A stretch of DNA of 64,000 bases from Vicinamibacterales bacterium (GTDB lineage Bacteria > Acidobacteriota > Vicinamibacteria > Vicinamibacterales > UBA2999), in contig JAXLRB010000002.1 in assembly GCA_046331325.1 (NCBI GenBank), positions 73,034 through 137,033 on the forward strand, read 5' to 3'. The notes beneath the pieces were generated by a model that made no database searches, was not told the DNA's origin, and worked only from the letters and a program-made list of their open reading frames with translations. Shown here one piece after another: positions 49,972 through 58,196 of the stretch. The position numbers and the translations under genes were made by a program. Positions within the stretch are counted from its first letter, which is position 1. Each line of letters begins with the position of its first letter.

Positions 49972-50031
49972 GCGCGCGGACGAGTACGCAGGCGAGCGTA
50001 CTCAGCGCTTCGGAGGCAAGTCAAGGCGCGC

Positions 50032-50057
50032 GGGGGAGGAGCGGGCGCTCCTCCCCC
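50032..50057 (-). terminator. very strong hairpin downstream of the DUF5666-repeat gene
   Basis: GGGGGAGGAGCG-GG-CGCTCCTCCCCC (12-bp arms), 18 nt after the stop at 50075. No U-tract. Confidence 0.5.
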
Positions 50058-50074
50058 GGCGAAACGGGCGGGCA

Positions 50075-51331
50075 CTAGTCTTCGAGTTCGACCTTCGTGG
50101 CGGCGAGGGTGTTACCCGAGAGGTCGCCTTCGACCTCGACCTTCACGCCCGCCTTGATGGCCGAGCAGGCGATGTTGTCGAACTTCGTCGACGCGCTGGT
50201 GGTGACCGTGATGCCCTTCACCGTGAAGGTGAGCGCCGGGCAGGTGCCCGACACGGTGGCGCCCACCAGACCCTCGAGGCGGCCGCCGTTCTTGCCGCCC
50301 GGCTGATCCTCGATGGTGATCTTCTCGGCGATGACCGACCCGTCGTCGGTCTTCATGTCGCCCGAGACGTGCACCTTGACGCCCGTGCGGATGGTGGCGC
50401 ACGAGCCGCCCACGAACACCGTGTTGGCGTCGGTCACGACCTTCACCACGCCGCCGACCACGATCGCCAGCGCCGGGCAGGTGCCGGTGACCTTGGTGAC
50501 CACCGAGCGGCCCTCGACGTGGCGCGCCTTGAACTTGATCCAGCTCGCGATGTTCGTCGTGGCGTCGTCGTCCTTGAAGCCGCGCGCCTGCACCGAGACG
50601 CCGGGCGCCAGGTCGGCGCAGGTGCCGCCCACGAAGTTGGTGGCGGCGTTCACGTCCACCGGCATGGTGCCGAAGAAGATCCGCAGGTCGGGGCAGGCGC
50701 CCGAGATCGACGTGATGCGGCCTTCGCCCTCACCGAACTGGCGCTGGCCCTTGATCTCGATGAGACGGGCGCGCAGGCCGCCGCCGGCGAGCGGCACGGT
50801 GCTGGCCTTGACCTTCGTGCCGATGCGGATCTGATCGCAGTCGGCGCCGCGGTTGGCCGGGATGTAGGTGGTGAGGGCGTCGGCCTGGATCGCGAGGCCG
50901 TCGACCGTCATGGTGATGTTGGGGCAGGTGCCGGTGACGGCCTCGACGCGGCCTTCACCTTCGCGCTCGGTGCCGTTCTGGATCTCGATCGTGGTGGCCA
51001 CCACCGAGAGCGTCGTGCCCGTGATGGTGAGCATGCCGCGGACTTCGACCGTCTGCGTCGCGGCGAGCTGCGCGCACGACTGGCCCACGGGGAACTTGGT
51101 GTTCGCATCCAGGGTGACCGGGATGCCCTGAATCGTCAGGGTCACGGCCGGGCAGGTGCCCGCGACCGCGCTGATGGTGCCCTTCCCCTGGACCGCCAGC
51201 TGCTGGCTGAGGCTGCCCGCGAGGACGCCGTTCATCGCCTGTTCCTGCAGGCCGCGCGCACTGGCCGTGCCGGCCACGGCGAGCATCGCCAGGGCGATCA
51301 CGGCGTTCTTCACGTATCCAATCAGTCTCAT
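50075..51331 (-). CDS. secreted five-repeat protein, DUF5666-like Cys-pair modules
   Basis: 418-aa ORF after GGAGAG. It has the signal peptide MRLIGYVKNAVIALAMLAVAGTASA. Five modules of about 70 aa each contain G(T/A)CP...F..G.C...G..V.V.G. Confidence 0.8.
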   Translation of the reverse strand: MRLIGYVKNAVIALAMLAVAGTASARGLQEQAMNGVLAGSLSQQLAVQGKGTISAVAGTCPAVTLTIQGIPVTLDANTKFPVGQSCAQLAATQTVEVRGMLTITGTTLSVVATTIEIQNGTEREGEGRVEAVTGTCPNITMTVDGLAIQADALTTYIPANRGADCDQIRIGTKVKASTVPLAGGGLRARLIEIKGQRQFGEGEGRITSISGACPDLRIFFGTMPVDVNAATNFVGGTCADLAPGVSVQARGFKDDDATTNIASWIKFKARHVEGRSVVTKVTGTCPALAIVVGGVVKVVTDANTVFVGGSCATIRTGVKVHVSGDMKTDDGSVIAEKITIEDQPGGKNGGRLEGLVGATVSGTCPALTFTVKGITVTTSASTKFDNIACSAIKAGVKVEVEGDLSGNTLAATKVELED

Positions 51332-51627
51332 GTCGCGTCTCTCCGATACGAAATTGTCATCCGCTCGCTGGCGGTGTCAGGGCGCTCTGGGAAGGCACGA
51401 TTTCCCGTGCAAAGCGCGTTCCCTACCTCGGCCGTGCCTGTCCGACCGTCGACCGGTGGGAGATTCCGGGCGTTGGTGTGTGTGACGTCCGCGGCACGCG
51501 GGCGGGAACAGAAAAAACGTCATGGCAGTTGGTGTCACCGTGTTGGGAATCGCGTCACCTCGATGCGACGACGCACTGAATTCGTTGAGAGAAAGGCACT
51601 TACGACTTCGTAACTTTGAACACGTGT

Positions 51628-51656
51628 TTGACGGGCTCGACGCGCGGATGTACCGT
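51628..51656 (+). promoter_or_regulatory. candidate sigma-70 promoter for the large oxidoreductase gene
   Basis: TTGACG-N17-TACCGT, 33 nt upstream of the ATG at 51689. It lies inside a 357-bp lower-GC divergent intergenic region. Confidence 0.3.
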
Positions 51657-51688
51657 GATCAGTCGGCCCTCCACGGGCCCTGCCGTCT

Positions 51689-54600
51689 ATGAGCGTCGCG
51701 CCGTCTGCTGCTGATTCCCTGGGCCTTCCCGACTTCACGTTCGCGGACCTGCACGAGCCGGCCCGCCTTGCCGAACTCCACGCGCGCTTCGTCGACGACG
51801 TGCGTCGCGCCGAGCCCGGCCTGTGGGAACGATGGGAGGCCCAGCACGGCGCCGCGCTGGCGCCCGTGGACCGATCGAACCTGCTGCTGGCGCTCGCGCC
51901 GCACGTGAGCCGCTTCGTCGCCCGGCTCTTCGCCGTGGGCGAGGCCGCCGAGACGCTGGCCGCCGCGACCCGCGCCTACGACGATCTCTTCCGCTTCAAG
52001 ATCGACTTCGTGCGCCGGCGCGCGCTGCCGCTGCTGAAGGGCGGCGCGCACGTCGACGCGACGGCCGACGATCACGCCTACGTGCGTGCACTGTGGGGCG
52101 ACGCCACCGACGCAGGCGCCCGCGAGCTCGCGGTGGCGCGCGCCGGCTGCGCGCTGCTCGATCGCGACGAGGCCGTGCGCGCCGGCACCGACGAGGCGGA
52201 GAAGGCGGCGGTGGCCGCCGAGATCGAGATCCTGAAGCGCTGGTGCGCCGCGCACGTGCACGCGCCGGCGACGCGCGACTGGGTGGTGTTCCGCTTCCCC
52301 GAGACGCTCGACTTCGCGCATCTCGTGCGCATCACGCGGCCGCGCGCCGACCTGCCGCAGGCGCTGGCCGGCCCCGACGAAGCGTTGCGCCGCCGCGACG
52401 GCTTCGCCCTCACCGACGCGCGCTTCAGCACGCGCGAGGTGCTGAGCGAGGTGCACTACTGCGTGCTCTGCCACGAGCGTGACAAGGACAGCTGCAGCAA
52501 GGGCCTCGCCGACAAGCAGGGGGCCGTCACCAGCAACCCGCTCGGCATCCCGCTGGCCGGCTGCCCGCTCGACGAGAAGATCTCGGAGATGCACCTGCTG
52601 CGCAAGCGCGGCGACGTCATCGGCGCGCTGGCGATGGTGATGATCGACAACCCGATGTGCCCGGGCACCGGTCATCGCATCTGCAACGACTGCATGAAGG
52701 CCTGCATCTACCAGAAGCAGGAACCGGTCAACATCCCGCAGATCGAAACCGGCACGCTCACCGACGTGCTGAACCTGCCGTGGGGCGTCGAGATTTACGG
52801 CCTGCTCACGCGCTGGAATCCGTTGAACGCCGAGCGGCCGTACGCGCTGCCGTACAACGGCAAGAACGTGCTCGTCGTCGGACTTGGTCCGGCCGGTTAC
52901 ACGCTGTCGCATTACCTGCTGAACGAGGGCTTCGGTGTCGTCGCGATCGACGGCCTGAAGATCGAGCCGCCCGATCCGGCGCTGGCCGGCGGCGCTGGCC
53001 GCGCGCCGCAGCCGATCGCGCGGTGGTCGGATCTGTACCGCCCGCTCGACGCGCGCGTGCTCGAAGGCTTCGGCGGCGTCTCGGAATACGGCATCACGGT
53101 CCGCTGGGACAAGAACTTCCTGTCGCTGATCCACCTCACGCTGGCGCGCCGCACGCGGATGCGCATCTACGGCGGCGTGCGCTTCGGCGGCGGGCTGTCG
53201 CTCGACGACGCCTGGGCGCTCGGCATCGATCACGTGGCGATTGCCGCCGGCGCGGGCCGTCCGACCGTGGTCGACATCCGCCACAACCTGATGCGCGGCA
53301 TCCGCAAGGCCAGCGATTTCCTGATGGCGCTGCAGCTCACCGGCGCCTTCAAGGCCGACTCGCTGTCGAATCTGCAGGTGCGCCTGCCGGCGGTGGTGAT
53401 TGGCGGCGGCCTCACCGGTGTCGACACCGCCACCGAGCTCTTCGCCTACTACCCGCTGCAGGTCGAGAAGACGCTCGATCGCTACGAGGCGCTGGTCGCC
53501 GCGCAGGGCGAGGCCGCCGTGCGCAAGGGCTACGACGAGGAAGAACGCGCCATCCTCGACGAGTTCCTCGGCCACGGCCGCGCCGTGCGTGCCGAGCGGC
53601 AGCGCGCCGCGGCGGCTGGTGAATCGCCGGACTTCGTGCCGCTCGTGCGTCAGTGGGGCGGCGTCACGCTGGCGTACCGCAAGCGCCTGCAGGATTCTCC
53701 GGCCTACCGCCTGAATCACGAGGAAGTGACCAAGGCGCTCGAGGAGGGCATCGCGTTCGCCGAAGGGCTCGAGCCCGCCGACGCGCTGGCCGACACGTAC
53801 GGCCACGTGCGCGCGATGATCTTCAAGACCGCCGAGGGCGAGGTCGAGCTGCCGGCGCGCAGCGTGATGGTGGCGGCCGGCACGGCCCCCAACGTCACCT
53901 ACGAGAAAGAACATCCCGGCACGTTCGCGCTCGACGGCAAGGCGAAGTACTTCAAGGGCTACCGCGTCGACGCGGGGCCCGACGGCACGCGCCACCTCGT
54001 GGAGGACGCCAACGGCTTCTTCACGTCGTACGCGCGGGATGGCCGCTTCGTCAGCTACTACGGCGACAACCATCCCCGCTACAACGGCAACGTCGTGAAG
54101 GCGATGGCTTCGGCGAAGCACGGCTACCGCCACGTCGTGCGCCTCTTCGACGACGCCATCGCGACGCTCGACGCGAAGACCCAGCCGGCGCGCGACGCCG
54201 CGTGGCACGCCCTCGTGGCCCGCGCCGACGGCGAGTTGCTGGCGCACGTGGAATCGGTCGTGCGCCTCACGCCGACCATCGTCGAGGTGATCGTGAAAGC
54301 GCCGGCGGCGGCGCGCCACTTCGAGCCGGGACAGTTCTATCGTCTTCAGAACTTCGAGCGCGGCAGCGTGCGGCTCGAGGCGGCCGGCCGGCCGTCGTCG
54401 CTCGTGATGGAAGGCCTGGCGTTGACCGGCGCCTGGGTCGATCGCGAACGCGGCCTGCTCTCGCTGATCACGCTCGAGATGGGCGTGTCGAGCCGCCTGT
54501 GCGCCTACCTCCGGGCCGGCGAGCCGGTCGTGGTGATGGGGCCCACCGGGGCGCCGACCGAGATTCCGGAACGCGAAGCGGTGCTGCTGGCCGGCGGCGG

Positions 54601-55228
54601 CCTCGGCAACGCGGTGCTGTTCTCGATCGCGCGGGCGCTGAAGGCGCGCGGCAGCCGCGTGCTCTACTTCGCCGGCTACAAGAACGGCGCCGATCTCTTC
54701 AAGCGCGAGGAGATCGAGGCCGCCACCGATCAGGTGATCTGGGCGAGCGACATGGGGCCCGAGATCACGCCGGGCCGGCCGCAGGACGCCCACTTCCGCG
54801 GCAACATCGTGCAGGCGATGGTGGCCTATGCCGACGGCCGCCTCGGCGATCGCGTGGTGCCGCTGCACGAGGTGACGCGCATCATCGCCATCGGCTCCGA
54901 CCGCATGATGCACGCCGTGCAGCAGGCGCGGCACGGCATCCTGGCGCCGCACCTCACGCCGGCGCACGTCGCCATCGGCAGCATCAACTCGCCGATGCAG
55001 TGCATGATGAAGGAAGTGTGCGCGCAGTGCCTGCAGCGCCACGTCGATCCGGCCACCGGGCGCGAGTCGTTCGTGTTTTCGTGCTTCAACCAGGATCAGG
55101 AACTCGATCGCGTCGACTTCGAGAACCTGCGGGCGCGTCTCAGGCAGAACAGCGTGCAGGAGCGCCTGGCGGATCAGTGGCTGGCGCATCTGCTCGACGG
55201 CGCGGCGACGGCGCTCTCGCACGTGTAA
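51689..55228 (+). CDS. fused iron-sulfur flavoprotein: unknown N-domain + GltD/NfnB-like pyridine nucleotide-disulfide oxidoreductase + PyrK/NfnA-like FAD/[2Fe-2S] domain
   Basis: 1179-aa ORF. Cys clusters are CVLCHERDKDSC, GCPLDE and CPGTGHRICNDCMKAC. Rossmann motifs are VVGLGPAGY and VIGGGLTGVD. The C-terminal part has a FAD/NAD module (LLAGGGLGNA) ending in CMMKEVCAQC...C. Confidence 0.8.
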   Translation: MSVAPSAADSLGLPDFTFADLHEPARLAELHARFVDDVRRAEPGLWERWEAQHGAALAPVDRSNLLLALAPHVSRFVARLFAVGEAAETLAAATRAYDDLFRFKIDFVRRRALPLLKGGAHVDATADDHAYVRALWGDATDAGARELAVARAGCALLDRDEAVRAGTDEAEKAAVAAEIEILKRWCAAHVHAPATRDWVVFRFPETLDFAHLVRITRPRADLPQALAGPDEALRRRDGFALTDARFSTREVLSEVHYCVLCHERDKDSCSKGLADKQGAVTSNPLGIPLAGCPLDEKISEMHLLRKRGDVIGALAMVMIDNPMCPGTGHRICNDCMKACIYQKQEPVNIPQIETGTLTDVLNLPWGVEIYGLLTRWNPLNAERPYALPYNGKNVLVVGLGPAGYTLSHYLLNEGFGVVAIDGLKIEPPDPALAGGAGRAPQPIARWSDLYRPLDARVLEGFGGVSEYGITVRWDKNFLSLIHLTLARRTRMRIYGGVRFGGGLSLDDAWALGIDHVAIAAGAGRPTVVDIRHNLMRGIRKASDFLMALQLTGAFKADSLSNLQVRLPAVVIGGGLTGVDTATELFAYYPLQVEKTLDRYEALVAAQGEAAVRKGYDEEERAILDEFLGHGRAVRAERQRAAAAGESPDFVPLVRQWGGVTLAYRKRLQDSPAYRLNHEEVTKALEEGIAFAEGLEPADALADTYGHVRAMIFKTAEGEVELPARSVMVAAGTAPNVTYEKEHPGTFALDGKAKYFKGYRVDAGPDGTRHLVEDANGFFTSYARDGRFVSYYGDNHPRYNGNVVKAMASAKHGYRHVVRLFDDAIATLDAKTQPARDAAWHALVARADGELLAHVESVVRLTPTIVEVIVKAPAAARHFEPGQFYRLQNFERGSVRLEAAGRPSSLVMEGLALTGAWVDRERGLLSLITLEMGVSSRLCAYLRAGEPVVVMGPTGAPTEIPEREAVLLAGGGLGNAVLFSIARALKARGSRVLYFAGYKNGADLFKREEIEAATDQVIWASDMGPEITPGRPQDAHFRGNIVQAMVAYADGRLGDRVVPLHEVTRIIAIGSDRMMHAVQQARHGILAPHLTPAHVAIGSINSPMQCMMKEVCAQCLQRHVDPATGRESFVFSCFNQDQELDRVDFENLRARLRQNSVQERLADQWLAHLLDGAATALSHV

Positions 55229-55316
55229 GGGATGCTCGTAACGGCTAGCGGCCAGATGCGAGCGGCTCGCGGCTCGCGGTCCTCGCCGGTGACGCGCGAA
55301 GCATTACACTGAACGC

Positions 55317-57017
55317 GTGCTGTCCCCCGGCCACGTCATCGACGGCCGCTACGAGATCCTCGGTCCGCTCGGCGCCGGAGGCATGGGGCAGATCTACCGC
55401 GCGCGTCGCGTGCGGCTCGGCGACGATGTCGCCCTGAAGATGCTGCTGTCGCCCGAGGCCGACATCGAGGCGCGCGAGCGCTTCCTGCGCGAAAGCCGGG
55501 CGGCAGCGCAGCTGCGGCATCCGCACATCGTCTCGATCCTCGATTTCGACGCCGACGCCGACGGTCGTCCCTACCTCGTGATGGAGCTGCTGAGCGGCCC
55601 CAGCCTGCGCGAGGAAATCGACATGGGCGGCGCGGTGGGCGTGGCGAAGGCGGTGGAAGTGCTCACCGTCGTCGGCAGCGCCCTGCAACTCGCGCACGAC
55701 CACGGCCTGACGCATCGCGATCTCAAGCCGGCGAACATCGTCGCGCACCGCTACGAGTCCGGCGATCGCGTGTACAAGGTCATCGACTTCGGGCTCGTGT
55801 CGCTGCAGGCGCCCGCCGACGCCACGCGGCTGACCCTGCCCTTCACGTTCCTCGGCACCATCGCCTACGCGGCGCCCGAGCAGCTCGGCGGCGACGTCGT
55901 CGGACCGGCGGCCGACCAGTACGCGCTGGCCGTCGTCGCCTACGAGATGCTGACCGGCAAGCGGCCGTTCGATGCCGTGGAGCCACTGAAGCTCGCGCAG
56001 CAGGTCATGAGCGGCAGCGCGGCGCCGGCGTCCTCCGTGCGGCCGGCACTGCCGCCGGGCGTCGACCAGATCCTGGCGCGCGCGCTCAGTCGCGGCCCCG
56101 CCGATCGCTGGCCGTCGATTGCCGCGTTCGTCGAGGCGCTCACCGCCGCCCTCGATGTGCCGGCCCCCGTCGAGAGCGGGGGCACGCTGGATGGCGACGC
56201 CCTGCTGTCGCGCTACGACATCGGCGAGGTGCTCGGCCCCGGACGCCTGGGCAGCGTGGTGCGGCGCGGCGTGCATCGCGCGCTGGCGCTGCCGGTGGCG
56301 ATCCGCCACCTGAAGCGCGAAGGCCAGCCGCAGTGGGAGGCGCTGCGCGCGCGCTTCCTGCAGGAGGCCCGCACGCTGCAGGTGCGGCATCCGCATCTGC
56401 TGCACGTGCGCGACTACGGCGAGGACGCGAGCGGCGTGTTCGTCGTCACCGACATCGTCGAAGGACCGAGCCTGCGCGCCGTGCTCGCGCAAGGCGCGCT
56501 CGCGTGGGCGCGGGCGCGACGGATGATCCTGCAGATGACCGACGCCGCCGGCGCGCTGCATCGCCACGGCGGGCTGCTCACCGGCGTGAACCCCGACACG
56601 ATTCGGGTCGCCGGCGCGGCCGGCGCCGATCACGTCGTGCTCACGACCGGCGGCGTGCGCGCGTTGTCGGACGTGCTGGCGACGATGCGCGAGTCGCAGC
56701 TCCGCGGCCAGGAATCCGCCGATCTCGAACTGCCATATCTCGCGCCCGAGGTGCTGATGGGGCGGGCCCCCGACGTCCGCACCGACCTCTTCACGCTCGG
56801 CGTCGTCGCCTATCAGCTGCTGACGGCGCGGGTGCCGTTCACCGCGCCGACGTTGCCGGAGCTGCTCGGCGCGATGCTCACGACGGCGCCGCCGGCCATC
56901 GATGCCGCCGCGGCGCCGGCCGCCGCGCGCGAGGCCATCGTGCGGTGTCTCGCGCCGTCACCCGACGCGCGTGGATCGCTCGACGACCTGCAGCAGGCCG
57001 TTCGCGCCGCCGTCTGA
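55317..57017 (+). CDS. cytoplasmic tandem Ser/Thr kinase - pseudokinase protein
   Basis: Domain 1 has GAGGMGQIY, VALK, HRDLKPAN, DFG and APE. Domain 2 has GPGRLGSV, VAIR, HGGLLTGVNPDT, no DFG, and APE. There is no TM segment. GTG start. Confidence 0.8.
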   Translation: MLSPGHVIDGRYEILGPLGAGGMGQIYRARRVRLGDDVALKMLLSPEADIEARERFLRESRAAAQLRHPHIVSILDFDADADGRPYLVMELLSGPSLREEIDMGGAVGVAKAVEVLTVVGSALQLAHDHGLTHRDLKPANIVAHRYESGDRVYKVIDFGLVSLQAPADATRLTLPFTFLGTIAYAAPEQLGGDVVGPAADQYALAVVAYEMLTGKRPFDAVEPLKLAQQVMSGSAAPASSVRPALPPGVDQILARALSRGPADRWPSIAAFVEALTAALDVPAPVESGGTLDGDALLSRYDIGEVLGPGRLGSVVRRGVHRALALPVAIRHLKREGQPQWEALRARFLQEARTLQVRHPHLLHVRDYGEDASGVFVVTDIVEGPSLRAVLAQGALAWARARRMILQMTDAAGALHRHGGLLTGVNPDTIRVAGAAGADHVVLTTGGVRALSDVLATMRESQLRGQESADLELPYLAPEVLMGRAPDVRTDLFTLGVVAYQLLTARVPFTAPTLPELLGAMLTTAPPAIDAAAAPAAAREAIVRCLAPSPDARGSLDDLQQAVRAAV

Positions 57018-57035
57018 GCGACGGTGCGTCCCTGC

Positions 57036-57530
57036 TCAGGCGCGCACGGCGCGCGCCGGCAGCGCCTCGTCGTCGGCGGCGTCGCGCAGCTTCGCGGCGA
57101 GCCAGCCATCCACCGACGCCGCGCCGCCGCCGGCGAACACGATCGGCAGGGCGAGGGCCAGCGCCAGCAGGTGGTATTCGAAGCCCTCGCCAGCCTGGCC
57201 GCCGGTCCAGTTCATGAAGAAGCCATTGGGCAGGTGCGACGTGACGACGGCGCCCACCATCACGGCGGCGATGCCGAGCGCGGTCACCCGTGACAGCAGG
57301 CCGGTGACGAGTGCCGCGGCGCCGAGACTCTCGGCCAGCACCACCAGCGCGGCCACCGCCCATGGCAGACCCACCGTGCCGGTGAGGAAGCCCATCGTGC
57401 CGGTGAACCCATAGCCACCGAACAGCCCGATCGTCTTCTGCAGGCCGTGCGGCAGGATGACCAGGCCCAGCACGATGCGCTGGACGAGACGGATGGTGGA
57501 GGCGTCGGTGGCGAGCAGGCGGGTCAACAT
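57036..57530 (-). CDS. DoxX-family membrane protein
   Basis: 164-aa ORF with 4 TM helices and the N-terminal motif RIVLGLVILPHGLQK. AGGGGA lies upstream of the ATG. Confidence 0.8.
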   Translation of the reverse strand: MLTRLLATDASTIRLVQRIVLGLVILPHGLQKTIGLFGGYGFTGTMGFLTGTVGLPWAVAALVVLAESLGAAALVTGLLSRVTALGIAAVMVGAVVTSHLPNGFFMNWTGGQAGEGFEYHLLALALALPIVFAGGGAASVDGWLAAKLRDAADDEALPARAVRA

Positions 57531-57551
57531 GTCGGGTCCCCTGTGTATAGA

Positions 57552-57570
57552 TTGAACGATAATCGTTCAA
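57552..57570. promoter_or_regulatory. perfect palindromic operator (likely MarR site) overlapping the doxX promoter
   Basis: TTGAACGAT-A-ATCGTTCAA, 22 nt upstream of the doxX ATG in an AT-rich stretch. On the minus strand TTTACC-N17-TTCAAT overlaps it. Confidence 0.55.
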
Positions 57571-57646
57571 ACAGGTAAATGCCGAAGGGCCACCGGAGGT
57601 TTCACGGGCGGGGAACGCACCGGTCGAGGCGCCCGAGGCTGGGCGC

Positions 57647-58162
57647 CTAGCCGGCGTCGCGGTCGGCCCGGCGGCCCTTCGCCCGGGCGGCGGCGCGCAG
57701 GTCGGGGTCGCGCGCCTCGTCGAGGGTCCGCAGCAGCGCCTCGATCGCCGGCCGCGACAGGTGCCCCAGCAGGCCCTGTACGGCGTGGTGCAGCGGCTCG
57801 TCGATGCGGGCGAGCAGGGCGAGGCCCTCGTCGGTGATGCGCGTCGTGACCACGCGGCGATCGCTGTGCTCGCGCGAACGCACCACGAGGCCACGCTTTT
57901 CCAGCCGGTCGAGCAGGCGCGTCACGTCGGGATCGCGGGTGACCAGGCGGGCGCCGATCTCGGAGCAGGCGTGGCCCTCGGTGCCGGCGCCGCGCAGGAT
58001 GCGCAGCACGTTGTACTGCACCTCCGAGAGTCCCGCCGGCTTCAATACGGCCGCGAGCTCGTCGGTGAGCTGACCGGCGGTGCGGACGAGGCTCAGGTAG
58101 GCCTCTTCCTCGAGGCTCTTGAAGGGGCGATTCTGCTTGAGATCGCGCTGCAGCTGGCTCAC
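57647..58162 (-). CDS. MarR-family transcriptional regulator
   Basis: GTG at 58162: SQLQRDLKQNRPFKSLEEEAYLSLVRTAGQL..., with a winged HTH (SEVQYNVLRIL...RLEKRGLVVR). The rest of the 360-aa track ORF is out of context. Confidence 0.8.
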   Translation of the reverse strand: MSQLQRDLKQNRPFKSLEEEAYLSLVRTAGQLTDELAAVLKPAGLSEVQYNVLRILRGAGTEGHACSEIGARLVTRDPDVTRLLDRLEKRGLVVRSREHSDRRVVTTRITDEGLALLARIDEPLHHAVQGLLGHLSRPAIEALLRTLDEARDPDLRAAARAKGRRADRDAG

Positions 58163-58196
58163 GGGAGAGGACCGTACCGTCTGGCCGCGGGCCGTG

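Noticed and set aside
49972-50074. Expected TPP (THI-box) riboswitch upstream of thiS.
   Set aside because: I searched both strands by eye. The spacer is about 100 nt and is occupied by two simple hairpins, with no CUGAGA...ACCCU...GGGA-type core. This needs an Infernal scan to be definitive.
51659-55222. 1187-aa minus-strand ORF.
   Set aside because: It is an exact antisense shadow of the 1179-aa iron-sulfur flavoprotein gene. The composition is low-complexity Arg/Ala/His, and there is no SD or start context.
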